From a bacterium (GTDB lineage Bacteria > Patescibacteriota > Microgenomatia > UBA8517), in the NCBI GenBank assembly GCA_030583725.1, contig CP129472.1:671040-735039 (forward strand): DNA of 64,000 bases, read 5' to 3'. Below, piece by piece: positions 20,043 through 29,952 of the stretch (positions are counted from its first letter, which is position 1; each line of letters opens with the position of its first letter). The notes beneath the pieces are model-generated. The model was not told where the DNA came from. It made no database searches and worked only from the letters and a program-made list of their open reading frames with translations. The position numbers and the translations under genes were made by a program.

Positions 20043-20764
20043 GATCAAACGGTTTAATTTACAGTAGTGAGTGGGGCAAAAATTCAGGCCAAGTTTATAT
20101 ATCCATAAGTAAGTTTGGTAGGTTCTTGTATCGTGCCACAAACGTTATAGGAGGAGGATTGCTCGGATTTGCAGTTATTGGAATTACTTTTAGTTTTTAC
20201 CCTGTAATTAAAGAGGAGTTTTCATATAGATTTAAAACAGATACAGAATCAAGCAGGTTTGGTAACATGCTTTCACAAATAACAGCAGAAAACAGCGCAA
20301 TAATAAAAGAAGAAGCTAACAATTTAGGTATTGACCCATATTTTTCAGTTCATATTCCAAAAATTAATGCTAAGGCAAATGTTATTTCAAATGTTGACCC
20401 TGGTAAAAAGGAAGAATACATGGAAGCTCTACAAGATGGAATAGCCCACGCTAAGGGAACGTATTTCCCAGGTCAAGATAAAAGTATTTATTTATTTTCT
20501 CACTCAACAGATTCATTTTTAAATTTTGCTAGATATAATGCAGTCTTTTATCTTCTAGGTAAGCTTGAAAAGGGAGATATTATAGAAATTTACTTTTTAG
20601 ATAAAAAATATGAATATGAAGTTACAGAAAAAGTAATTACTAAACCAGAAGATATTTCGTGGCTACAAAGAGAGGGGAGAGGTGAGGAATTGATTTTACA
20701 AACTTGTGACCCCCCTGGGACAACATGGAATAGATTGGTAGTAGTAGCCGTGCCAGTAAAGTAA
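20039..20764 (+). CDS. srt: sortase family transpeptidase
   Basis: N-terminal TM anchor. Conserved active-site TLxTC-type motif (LILQTCDPPG) with downstream RLVVVA. Overlaps the LPXTG-protein stop by 4 nt (ATGA), consistent with an operon. Confidence 0.65.
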   Translation: MRSNGLIYSSEWGKNSGQVYISISKFGRFLYRATNVIGGGLLGFAVIGITFSFYPVIKEEFSYRFKTDTESSRFGNMLSQITAENSAIIKEEANNLGIDPYFSVHIPKINAKANVISNVDPGKKEEYMEALQDGIAHAKGTYFPGQDKSIYLFSHSTDSFLNFARYNAVFYLLGKLEKGDIIEIYFLDKKYEYEVTEKVITKPEDISWLQREGRGEELILQTCDPPGTTWNRLVVVAVPVK

Positions 20765-20842
20765 ACATCCTGTAGTTAAAATAAATTAAGACTCATAGTT
20801 TCGAAAATTGATTATCAACATGTTTCGGAATAATATTTATAC

Positions 20843-21256
20843 ATGATTGCTTATCAATCAAAAATTTCTAGGATAACAGGATCAAATGATCGTGATATAC
20901 ATAAGAAAGTAAGGAGACTGTTTAATACAATTGAAAAACAGACGAAAAGAAAGCCATATCTTAGATCTCCTTATTTTAAGAAACAAAAAGTATTTTTTGA
21001 TTATTTTTGGGTTCATTTAAATCAAAAAGGAAATACGGAAAGGATATCAAGACTAAAATATTTTGAGTGCGCGCTTGATTTAATTGCCAATTCAAGAAAC
21101 AAACCTTCATCAAGAGTAAATCCAAACAAGAAAAACGAGATTTTATATAGATTTGGAGGATTGACAAAGCAAAAAGAATTATTTTTTGTACAAATTAAAG
21201 AAGATAAAAAGAAAAAGAAGCTTTACTTCATGTCAGTATTTTCAACAGGCGATTAA
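20843..21256 (+). CDS. hypothetical basic protein (137 aa)
   Basis: ORF only. Lys-rich. No confident family. Confidence 0.35.
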   Translation: MIAYQSKISRITGSNDRDIHKKVRRLFNTIEKQTKRKPYLRSPYFKKQKVFFDYFWVHLNQKGNTERISRLKYFECALDLIANSRNKPSSRVNPNKKNEILYRFGGLTKQKELFFVQIKEDKKKKKLYFMSVFSTGD

Positions 21257-21565
21257 TCAAAAAAAGGCCTCCGCTATAGTGGAGTGTATAAACTCCTCGC
21301 CGAGGTCCTTTCTTAATTGTTATTATATCACATTTTGTCAATTGGAGTTTGAGGCTGGTGAAACAAAAACGGACACGTGCTAATTTGATGATATTGCTAT
21401 CAAATTAACTTAACGTGTCCGTTCATAAAAAATAATTCAACAAGAGAATTTCCCCCAAACAATTTGAATTCGATATAGAGCATCAACCATTAGGTTGATT
21501 TTTTCAATGGATTGTAAATAAACAATCAATTGGATCCATCCGAATTCCTTTCAATAATTTCTTCA

Positions 21566-21615
21566 AGACCCTCGCGAGGTCTTATCGTTCCCGCGAGGGT
21601 CTTTGTTTTGTTGCC
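21566..21615 (+). terminator. strong rho-independent terminator
   Basis: AGACCCTCGCG, 15-nt loop, CGCGAGGGTCT (11-bp perfect stem) followed by TTGTTTTGTTG. Confidence 0.55.
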
Positions 21616-21622
21616 GAAACGT

Positions 21623-22582
21623 TTACGGGATTCGAACGCTATATGTTCCAACACGTCCGGCATACCAGTTGGCGACTGTGTAGTCGTAGGAGTCAAGGAA
21701 GTTTCCAAAATATCCTTGTTCCCAGAAATACACTGACATATCGGTCGCTGTCATTCCGGGGACGGTGATGATGCTTCCGTCCTTGACCGCCCAGCTGCCG
21801 ACCGAAACCGAACAAACGGAATAGTGAACAAATTCGCTGAATTCCGTTTGAGTTTCAATCTGTAGTTTGCCATAATACTCGGCGGGAAAAACGTAGACAG
21901 TCCCTTCATCTGTATTGGTTTTCGTGGCACCGGTAATATCTTCAAGCGGTGTTTCATCAACTTTGAGACCAAAACTTTGAAGAGCCACAGCAACGATGAA
22001 GCGATCGCAGTCGCTGAAGCAGTCTTTTGTGTTGCCGTGGAAAAAGACCAGCTGGCCTGCTTCGACTACTTCGGTTTGTCCTTGCCCGCAGTTTGCGCAG
22101 GTTTTTGGCTCGCGCGGGACCCAGCGGCAAGCGGGGTCGTTGGCGTCGAGGAATTCCAAGCCCTTGACTGTGCAGAACACTGGTTCTTCAGGTGGAGTGC
22201 AGGTTGGGTAATCATCCGCGCCATTCTCACACACTGGTTCTTCAGGTGGAGTGCAGGTTGGGTAATCATCCGCGCCATTCTCACACACCGGTTCTTCAGG
22301 TGGAATGTAATAGCTCCAATGACTCAAACCGCATGTTCCTGCAGGCTGTGGCCACGAGTCAAACAGTCCGCCAGTGCAACCCCGACTATTATCACTTCCG
22401 GCTTTGAAGCAGTAATCCGTCGCACCACTGACAGGGTATTGGGACAGGTCACTTGAATCGACCTTGGTCCACCCACCCCCATTAGGGCAAGTTTCTTGTC
22501 CAGCGGCGGCAACAATGCCGACCACTGAAGTCGAAAGGATGACGATCGTCAGGATCGCCAAAAAAACATGAATCTTTTTCAT
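21623..22582 (-). CDS. secreted Cys-rich protein with tandem 18-aa repeats, in a GC-rich (~50%) island. The track ORF extends to 22627, but the likely start is MKKIH at 22582 with an AGAGGT RBS.
   Basis: Signal peptide MKKIHVFLAILTIVILSTSVVGIVAAA. PPEEPVCENGADDYPTCT repeated 2.3 times. Many paired Cys. Base composition clearly differs from flanking DNA. Confidence 0.6.
   Translation of the reverse strand: MKKIHVFLAILTIVILSTSVVGIVAAAGQETCPNGGGWTKVDSSDLSQYPVSGATDYCFKAGSDNSRGCTGGLFDSWPQPAGTCGLSHWSYYIPPEEPVCENGADDYPTCTPPEEPVCENGADDYPTCTPPEEPVFCTVKGLEFLDANDPACRWVPREPKTCANCGQGQTEVVEAGQLVFFHGNTKDCFSDCDRFIVAVALQSFGLKVDETPLEDITGATKTNTDEGTVYVFPAEYYGKLQIETQTEFSEFVHYSVCSVSVGSWAVKDGSIITVPGMTATDMSVYFWEQGYFGNFLDSYDYTVANWYAGRVGTYSVRIP
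22181..22304. repeat. 54-bp perfect tandem repeat, 2.3 copies, inside a CDS
   Basis: TGGTTCTTCAGGTGGAGTGCAGGTTGGGTAATCATCCGCGCCATTCTCACACAC at 22181-22234 and again at 22235-22288. Partial third copy to 22304. Confidence 0.85.
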
Positions 22583-22926
22583 TTTCTTTACCTCTTTTGT
22601 TTGAATTTTGTTTTTTCGCGAAAACACAAACTTTCTGACTAGCCCGAACGGGGTTCCTTAGTTCCCATTTTTGATTTAGGTTAGCCTAGCTGGGCTCGAA
22701 ATAATTTAATAATCAAGCACAATTTGGCTAACCCAAATTTTTAATTTTCTCTTGTTAAATTTTCAAAGTACTAAATTACAAACAAAAAACAAGGGTCTTG
22801 GTCAAAGCAAAAAGATTGACTAAACCTCTGCTAATGTATGAGGAAATATTATAGCATTTATACTCAAATGTCAATTACTATGAGGTATAACGATTTTGAC
22901 AAAGGTGGGTGAAATTTATTTCATTC

Positions 22927-22954
22927 TTGACATTAGTTCAAAAGTCCATATAAT
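22927..22954 (+). promoter_or_regulatory. sigma70-like promoter upstream of rho
   Basis: TTGACA, 16-nt spacer, TATAAT. Confidence 0.4.
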
Positions 22955-22996
22955 CAAAATAGTTAAGTTAGCTTCGTCCAAATTAATTTTTAATTC

Positions 22997-24208
22997 ATGC
23001 AAAACGACGAGCCAGTACGAACATCCGATTCAGTCGGGAAGACATACGAAAGACGTATTCCTGATGCAGATCTCCCAACAGAGTATGTTGAGGGCGTTTT
23101 AGATATAGCCCATGAGGGTAGTGGTTTATTGCGTCCAAAAAACTTCACAGGCAGTAATAATGATATTTACATTTCAAGCTCACAAATTAGAAGATTTAAT
23201 CTTCGTGTGGGGGATAAAGTGGGTGGCCAGGCCAGAAGACCAAAGGAAAATGAAAGATATTGGGGACTACTTAAAGTTGAAAAAGTCAATGATATAGAAA
23301 CTGAGGAATTTTTGAAAAAAACTAGGGCCAACTTTGATGAGTTGATGGTTATTTACCCAGATGAACAGCTTAAAATGTCAACATCTGAAGATATTTTAAC
23401 AACTCGTATGGTTGATTTGGTGGCCCCTGTAGGTTTTGGCCAAAGAGCTTTAGTTGTTTCTCCTCCAAAAGCTGGAAAAACTTGGCTTGTTAAGGATTTG
23501 ATTACAGGAATTGCTGAGAATTATAAAGAGAGAGTTCACTTAATGGCAGTTTTAATAGGTGAGAGACCAGAAGAAGTAACTGATATACTACGTCATTTGC
23601 AAAAAGTGACAGATGGTAAAGGAGAAATAGCCGCAAGTAATTTTGACGAGGCTCCAGCTGACCAAACAAGAGTAGGAGAACTAGCTTTAGAAAGAGCAAA
23701 GAGACTGGTTGAAGAAGGCCGTGATGTAGTAATTCTTCTCGATTCTATTACAAGAATGGCTAGAGCATATAACTTGGCACTTCCTACGTCGGGTAGGACA
23801 TTAACAGGTGGTTTTGACCCAGTGGCGCTATACCCAGCCAAAAAATTCTTTGGGGCTGCCAGAAAGATTGAAGGTGCTGGAAGTCTGACAATTATCGGAA
23901 CTTGCTTGATTGAAACAGGTTCTAGGATGGATGACTTAGTCTATGAGGAGTTTAAGGGTACAGGAAATATGGAGCTTCACTTGACCAGAAAATTAGCAGA
24001 AAAGAGGGTCTACCCTGCAATTGATGTTAGTAAGTCAGGCACGAGACAGGATGAACTTCTCTTTGGGAAAGACAAGTTGGTCAAGGTAAATACACTTCGC
24101 AGAATGATTGATATGTTAAATGAAGATGAGAGAACAGAAACACTTCTAGGCAAACTTGCAAAATCAAAAGACAACGATAAATTTTTAGACTCCTTAAAGA
24201 CTGCATAA
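22997..24208 (+). CDS. rho: transcription termination factor Rho
   Basis: RNA-binding domain GVLDIAHEGSGLLR. Walker A GQRALVVSPPKAGKT. LLDSITRMARAYN motif. Q/R-loop regions. Confidence 0.9.
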   Translation: MQNDEPVRTSDSVGKTYERRIPDADLPTEYVEGVLDIAHEGSGLLRPKNFTGSNNDIYISSSQIRRFNLRVGDKVGGQARRPKENERYWGLLKVEKVNDIETEEFLKKTRANFDELMVIYPDEQLKMSTSEDILTTRMVDLVAPVGFGQRALVVSPPKAGKTWLVKDLITGIAENYKERVHLMAVLIGERPEEVTDILRHLQKVTDGKGEIAASNFDEAPADQTRVGELALERAKRLVEEGRDVVILLDSITRMARAYNLALPTSGRTLTGGFDPVALYPAKKFFGAARKIEGAGSLTIIGTCLIETGSRMDDLVYEEFKGTGNMELHLTRKLAEKRVYPAIDVSKSGTRQDELLFGKDKLVKVNTLRRMIDMLNEDERTETLLGKLAKSKDNDKFLDSLKTA

Positions 24209-24217
24209 TTTGGTACA

Positions 24218-25312
24218 ATGTCTTTTACCATGGAAGAAATACTTGCGTTTGTTGATGAGTTAAAGCTTTTTTTTGCCGACCTTGGTAACTATCTAGGCAA
24301 AAAACTTCATATATCATTTTTACGGTTTGAAGAAAGCAAGTCATCTTTTGTTACAGCCCTTTATAAGCAAAGGGGTAAAATGGCAAGACAACTGATACAT
24401 ACGGGAATGGCTGGTCTAGCTGGAGTTGGTATGATGATTGCTCCAGTTATTGCACAAGAGTTCCCTGGAACTTCTGTTAATCCTTGGGAAGTTGAGTCAA
24501 CACCTCAAGTATTGTCTGCTACCACAGAGACGGGAGCTATTGAAACATTAGTTTCTGAGAAGGTAAGAGATGGAATTAAGGAATATAAAGTTGAAGAGGG
24601 TGATACCGTTGCATCAATATCTAAGAAGTTTGGTGTTGATGCAGAAACTATTAGGTGGCAGAATAATATATCGGGAGATAAAATAAAAATAGGACAAATC
24701 ATCCAAATTCTTCCAGTTTCAGGGATTGCCCACAAAGTTAATAAGGGTGACACTGTTTATTCAATTGCTAAAAAATATGACTCTGCAGCTCAGGCCATTG
24801 TAGATTTTCCATTTAATACATTTAGTAACGACGAAACATTTGAATTAGCCATTGGACAGACTGTAATAGTTCCAGATGGAGTTAAACCACAGGAGATAAT
24901 AACAAATCCAAGGATAAGACAATTAACTCCTGATGCGGGATCGGTTGTTGCCTCTGGAAGCTTTGTATGGCCAACAAACGGAACAATCTCTCAAAACTAT
25001 GCTTGGTACCATCCAGCAATTGATATCGCCAATAGAGCATCACCAAACATTTTAGCTGCAGATTCAGGAAGGGTTACCTATGCAGGATGTTTGGCCTATG
25101 GTTATGGTTGTCACGTCAAAATTGACCATGGCAATGGATTTACCACACTCTATGCCCACTTCTCACAATTATTTGTATCTGTCGGCCAGTCTGTTTCAAG
25201 GGGTAGTGCAATTGGTAAGATGGGTTCAACTGGAAGATCAACAGGAATACATCTTCATTTTGAGGTTATGAAAAATGGAGTTAAACTAAACCCATTGACA
25301 GTCTTAAGATAA
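24218..25312 (+). CDS. LysM-domain M23 family metallopeptidase; functional start possibly the ATG at ~24380 (AGGGG RBS, TM anchor follows)
   Basis: Two LysM repeats (EGDTVASISKKFGVD, KGDTVYSIAKKYDS). M23 catalytic HVKIDHGNGFTTLYAH and GSTGRSTGIHLHFEV. Confidence 0.8.
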   Translation: MSFTMEEILAFVDELKLFFADLGNYLGKKLHISFLRFEESKSSFVTALYKQRGKMARQLIHTGMAGLAGVGMMIAPVIAQEFPGTSVNPWEVESTPQVLSATTETGAIETLVSEKVRDGIKEYKVEEGDTVASISKKFGVDAETIRWQNNISGDKIKIGQIIQILPVSGIAHKVNKGDTVYSIAKKYDSAAQAIVDFPFNTFSNDETFELAIGQTVIVPDGVKPQEIITNPRIRQLTPDAGSVVASGSFVWPTNGTISQNYAWYHPAIDIANRASPNILAADSGRVTYAGCLAYGYGCHVKIDHGNGFTTLYAHFSQLFVSVGQSVSRGSAIGKMGSTGRSTGIHLHFEVMKNGVKLNPLTVLR

Positions 25313-25333
25313 CTCAATACAATTTAAATATAT

Positions 25334-26032
25334 ATGGAATCTGCCTTTTTTCCTTGGAAAAAGTATTTAGGTTATACTTTAGCAGTTTTACTTCTTATTT
25401 TTGTATATTCCTGGATTACTTCACCTATGATTGTGTCTGTTACAGGTTCTGGAGAAGTTACAGCTGTTGCTGAAACTGCAACAATGACTTTTACTCTTTC
25501 AGTAAACTCCGATAGCCCTCAAAACGCATTAGCATTAGTCAAAAATTTGGCAACATCCATTAAACAGAATCTGGCAACTAGTGGAATACCAGAAAGCAGT
25601 TTGTATGAGTCGCAAGCCACCGTAGTTCCAGCCTCTGCGGTGACAGTTGGGGCTACGGGTTTTCAGGCAGTTATATCAATGGGATTAAAAACAAACCAGA
25701 TAAATAATCTTGATGCAATCACAAATAGTTTGTATTCTCAAGGTGCTTCAATTGTGTCGCAGCCAATATTAACAGTAGGGAACATTGAAGAGTTGGAAAA
25801 AGATGCATACAATTTGGCAATTAAAAATGCCAAGAAAAAAGCTGGTTCAATTGCATTATCCAACCTAAAACCTATTAGAAAGATTGTTTTAATAGAACAA
25901 TCCCAGACCCAGCCATCTTCAACTGTTACAACTAAAGCAGATATTGCATCTCAAGTTGAAATGAATATCTCTCCAGATGACGGTCTTATCAAAATCTCCA
26001 AGGTTGTTTCAGTTAGTTATAAAATGTGGTGA
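25334..26032 (+). CDS. SIMPL/DUF541-like membrane-anchored protein
   Basis: N-terminal TM, then VTGSGEV... pattern and overall composition typical of 26-kDa periplasmic immunogenic protein/SIMPL family. Pattern-level call only. Confidence 0.45.
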   Translation: MESAFFPWKKYLGYTLAVLLLIFVYSWITSPMIVSVTGSGEVTAVAETATMTFTLSVNSDSPQNALALVKNLATSIKQNLATSGIPESSLYESQATVVPASAVTVGATGFQAVISMGLKTNQINNLDAITNSLYSQGASIVSQPILTVGNIEELEKDAYNLAIKNAKKKAGSIALSNLKPIRKIVLIEQSQTQPSSTVTTKADIASQVEMNISPDDGLIKISKVVSVSYKMW

Positions 26033-26179
26033 TTTCAACTTCGTTGAAAGCTCTGGCTATTGAAACAAGCAAGCTGGGACCTTACCAAGTTTGCAACTTT
26101 GTCAACAAAGTTAGGTGGTTAGTTGCAAACTTTGTATATTTTAGTATTTATCTAGCCACTAAAGGGGGTTGATTATCGG

Positions 26180-29100
26180 TCAGGGTGCTGAAACATATTT
26201 GTTACATTTTGATTGAAGCTTCAAGAGCTCATCATTTAATTGATCGATATAGGTCTGTCTAACTGATTGTTGCTGTACAAAAGGAAGTATGGCGGGACTT
26301 GCTGCAACTGCTACAAAGTAATGAGGTTGATCCCACTCATACGGGTGCGCAATTCCTAACTCTTGTGCTTTAATTTGTGCATCAGTATTGATTTTACACT
26401 CAGGTCTATTTGGATCGTAGCACAACTCGTGCAACACCCCTGTCTTATTATCGATAAAGTAGTGCACATCAAAACACAATCCACTTTGGTGACAAGAACC
26501 TCCTGCTGTTGCGGCTTCGTTTCCATAAGAACTGCTGTATGCATCTTGGGTTTCGTAAGATCTATAAGCAGAACTTATAAACGGAGAATATCCTTGTTCG
26601 TTTATCCATGACACCCACTGTTGAACGGGGTCGACAGCTTCTTTAACCATCCAAGTATCGGTCCATAGAGAAAATCTTGCACCTTCGATTTTGTCATTTA
26701 CAGCAACAACATCGGGTACAAAAGATTCGTCATATCTAATTCCCGTATTTGCTCCTACTACAGATGTATTTAAAAGTTCTAAATTCGAACATTCGCTAGG
26801 TACAGATTTTTTTGAAGGGTATACTATCGCAGGATTATTTTTTATAATTACTTCGTTGGTTGATTTGTAAGAACTTCTCTCTATCTGGTCTGGGGCGCCA
26901 GCATTTTCATCTACTTTTTGATCATTAAGCAAATCAAAAATGGGTGAGGTAATATTTTGCCAGAAGTCGGATAATGCTTGTTTTGTTTCATCTGAAACAT
27001 AATTTTCCCAATATTGATATCCTCCATATGTTGCACCAATAATAAAAAATACTGGAGAATATCTATTTGTAAATTGCGTTAATCTACTTACATTTGGGCT
27101 TGTGATGAAATCATCTACATTCTTACTTGGGATATTTATTTCGATTGTTTTTGGCAATCCTTCATCTCCAACATCAAGAACTCTTGGGGCAGTTGGGGTC
27201 ATATCATCAAAATTATTTATATAAGGATTCGCTTGGTTTCTAGCATCAAAAAGTATAGTTCTTATTTCAAAACCTAGCTGATCTAATACAATTCCTATTG
27301 GACCCTTACTTAATATCTTATTATCAATTTCGTCCATTATTGTTGGATCTAGACCATACTCTAAGAATCTCACTCTTGTATTCTCTAAGTTTGATCCTGC
27401 AATGTAAGTATCACCGCTATAGAAATTGAGTGTGTCACGAACAGATAATTCATATTTTTGTTTTAAGGTTGGATTTGTTAGCCCATCAAACCAGTCTTTA
27501 AGTTTTGAGTTGAAACTAAGTTCAGTAGATAGATTTGTTGGTGTGCTAATAACATTGTCGTCTGCGACGGCTTTTACCTGTTTTACTTTTCCGGCCGCTT
27601 CTGTTCCGTCAAATAATACAAAATTGTGATTTGCATTTGCGGCATTTACACCGCCTTTTGTTATAACACCATCATATCCCGAACTGTAAAGATCGCTATA
27701 AAATTCTTGACTATTTGTAATATCAACATTCCTTGCATCATATATCTTGTATTTTTTTTGTACGTTCAAGTTAACAAAAATATCCGCTTCTGTAACTGTA
27801 TTTGGTGGGACTAGGGTAAAATAAGCAACTCTTGGATTTTTTCCGTCAGGTGTGAGGATTTGATAGTTGCCTTGTATGCCATTCTTAGAAACTCCGTCTA
27901 TGTCTGATTCACTAGCTAGCCTGTGAAATATCAAGACAGGTTCTTCTTTAATGATTTTATCTACTATATGATTTTCTATTTGTAAATTTTGTTGACCTGC
28001 CCTTACTTTTTGTAAGTAATCTGATTCATTATATTTAGTTGCCAACTGGTCATTATAGAGATTTATAGCTTGACTTGATGGTAGTTCTGAATTGTTTGCA
28101 GGGCTGACACTGCCAAGAAGTCTGCCAAAAGTATCATCAAACCAATTTCTAACTACAGGTAAAAACCCATCAGTTGGGGAGTAGATTTTTTGTTGAAACC
28201 AATTTGTTGGTTCTATTATAACTTTGCTTTTACTCTCCATCTCTTTTAAAAACGAATCCACTTCCCTGTATTGTTGACTAAACATAGGATTTTGATTTAA
28301 CCCCAATTCTTCAATAAATCGTTGATCGAAGTTTCTTGCTCTGTATTCAGATGCCCATGCATCCAAAGGTGTGTCCCTAATAATACTATCGTATGCTTCG
28401 CCAAATTCGTGTCCTAGTGTTTGGAGTTGTATTAAAACAGCTTCGTCATACGTAAGGCCGTGTATCTTTGATACTTCGGATGGGTCTAGTAAAAATATTT
28501 TGGCGGTTCCATTCTTGTAATTAATTCCAGTTGTTCCAAGATCTGCAGTAGGGCTATATTTTTTTAGTTCTTCAAGAGACACAAATTTATATGTAACATT
28601 ATCACCAAAGAAGTTAAAAATGGTTACATCAAGTTCTTGTCTACTTATTTTACCAAGCGAATAATCAATAATTGCCCGTTGGGGTGGAGAAAAGTCTCTA
28701 GGGCGAGCGTTTGATAAATCGATTACCGTTGGCGGTGGTCCGCCATTTGCAATGGTATATTTTTCCAACGTTGGTTTACTGGGATTTATACTGAAGCTTT
28801 CGTTGCCAATGGATCGCTTTACACTTTCTAGGTTTGGGACATTGGGGACGTTTCCGTCGTTGATACTAATTTCCAAATTAGATATGCCTATGTTTGGAGC
28901 ATTGTCAATAATAACACCATCTATTATATTTGGAGCATCAATATTAGTAGATGGCGTGTTATTTCCTCCAATCATATTTTCTAACCAGTTTCCAATTCCA
29001 CCCCGTGAGTTATTTGGAGTGTCTGGGGTGAGGGCTGTAGGTGGGGTATTTGCAGCTTGGGCCATGACATTGTTAAGATTAGTTGGTGAGCCATTAGGTA

Positions 29101-29869
29101 ATATTACAGTATCAAGTGTTGTGATTGAGACATCCCCTGTAAGGGGGCTACGAGCAATAGTATTGGTCAAATTATTTATGGTTACATCTGGAAAACTTAA
29201 ATTAACTCCAGCATTATCTAGGAGTTTTGCTAAGTGAACACTTGTTGGGTTTGGGGCTGGTAAAACAGTTCCTGGACCAAAACCTAAGGCTCCAATACCG
29301 TCACTTGGGATGGTAATTTGTTGTGTTGAAGTATTTTTTGCTAGATCACTCATACTCGGTACTGTGGAAGAAGGTAAATATTGACCTATGTTGTTTTCAT
29401 CAAAATTGACAAATCTTTTTCCGTCTAAGTCAACCTTGTCAATAGCACCACCTGGTATATTATCTGGTAACGCACCAAGGCTTGGACCATCCAATTGCAT
29501 AACAGATCCGGCGAAATTTGACCCCGGTAGGTTTGAAATTGCTCTTGCAATATCAACCCCACCTTGTCCAACATCAAAAACTAAACCTCCCCACGCAGCT
29601 ACACATCCAAAATCTGATGCAAACTGTCCATCACCACATGATTGAGTTATATCCCACGCATCTACTCCAATATTAGCTAGATTTACACCAGTATTTACTA
29701 TGGTGGCTGCTTGAATCCCTCTCCCTGTTTGAATTGCTCTCGTTAACATTGCAGAGGTACCAATATTTGTCCATCCAACACCTGTCCATATAGCATTATA
29801 TGTGCACTCGTCAGACCCTGGATTTGTTATACAGACATCGGCTGTAGTTCCGGTTTGCATTGTTGTCAT
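26180..29869 (-). CDS. large (1229 aa) secreted protein with a C-terminal peptidase M15 (VanY/LAS, D-Ala-D-Ala carboxypeptidase-like) domain
   Basis: C-terminal SCHQSGLCFDVHY (SxHxxGxAxD Zn-binding signature) and a downstream EWDQPHYF His motif. No signal peptide at the annotated Met. Reading frame stays open 27 codons upstream to 29983 (see finding on a possible fusion with the upstream gene). Confidence 0.7.
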   Translation of the reverse strand: MTTMQTGTTADVCITNPGSDECTYNAIWTGVGWTNIGTSAMLTRAIQTGRGIQAATIVNTGVNLANIGVDAWDITQSCGDGQFASDFGCVAAWGGLVFDVGQGGVDIARAISNLPGSNFAGSVMQLDGPSLGALPDNIPGGAIDKVDLDGKRFVNFDENNIGQYLPSSTVPSMSDLAKNTSTQQITIPSDGIGALGFGPGTVLPAPNPTSVHLAKLLDNAGVNLSFPDVTINNLTNTIARSPLTGDVSITTLDTVILPNGSPTNLNNVMAQAANTPPTALTPDTPNNSRGGIGNWLENMIGGNNTPSTNIDAPNIIDGVIIDNAPNIGISNLEISINDGNVPNVPNLESVKRSIGNESFSINPSKPTLEKYTIANGGPPPTVIDLSNARPRDFSPPQRAIIDYSLGKISRQELDVTIFNFFGDNVTYKFVSLEELKKYSPTADLGTTGINYKNGTAKIFLLDPSEVSKIHGLTYDEAVLIQLQTLGHEFGEAYDSIIRDTPLDAWASEYRARNFDQRFIEELGLNQNPMFSQQYREVDSFLKEMESKSKVIIEPTNWFQQKIYSPTDGFLPVVRNWFDDTFGRLLGSVSPANNSELPSSQAINLYNDQLATKYNESDYLQKVRAGQQNLQIENHIVDKIIKEEPVLIFHRLASESDIDGVSKNGIQGNYQILTPDGKNPRVAYFTLVPPNTVTEADIFVNLNVQKKYKIYDARNVDITNSQEFYSDLYSSGYDGVITKGGVNAANANHNFVLFDGTEAAGKVKQVKAVADDNVISTPTNLSTELSFNSKLKDWFDGLTNPTLKQKYELSVRDTLNFYSGDTYIAGSNLENTRVRFLEYGLDPTIMDEIDNKILSKGPIGIVLDQLGFEIRTILFDARNQANPYINNFDDMTPTAPRVLDVGDEGLPKTIEINIPSKNVDDFITSPNVSRLTQFTNRYSPVFFIIGATYGGYQYWENYVSDETKQALSDFWQNITSPIFDLLNDQKVDENAGAPDQIERSSYKSTNEVIIKNNPAIVYPSKKSVPSECSNLELLNTSVVGANTGIRYDESFVPDVVAVNDKIEGARFSLWTDTWMVKEAVDPVQQWVSWINEQGYSPFISSAYRSYETQDAYSSSYGNEAATAGGSCHQSGLCFDVHYFIDNKTGVLHELCYDPNRPECKINTDAQIKAQELGIAHPYEWDQPHYFVAVAASPAILPFVQQQSVRQTYIDQLNDELLKLQSKCNKYVSAP

Positions 29870-29952
29870 ACTTGCAAAACCTAATGATATCGCCTGAGCT
29901 CCAGTTAAGGCCCCTGTACCCCAACCAAATGGGCTTGCAATTATGCCGGCTA

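Noticed and set aside
20976-21383. ORFs 20976..21167 (-) and 21186..21383 (+)
   Set aside because: Short, low-complexity, and overlapping either the 20843..21256 ORF or the intergenic hairpin region. There is no RBS or motif support.
21977-22515. ORFs 21977..22456 (+), 21996..22211, 22066..22284, 22192..22407, 22324..22515
   Set aside because: Alternative frames within the GC-rich secreted-protein gene. High GC produces long spurious ORFs, while the minus-strand 21623..22582 frame has a signal peptide and an RBS.
23112-24231. ORFs 23112..23297, 23502..23699, 23593..23841, 24010..24231
   Set aside because: They lie inside rho in other frames or strands.
27426-29645. ORFs 27426..27629, 27626..27814, 28752..29237, 29388..29645 (+), 26356..26611
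   Set aside because: Antisense to the 1229-aa gene, with no supporting signals.
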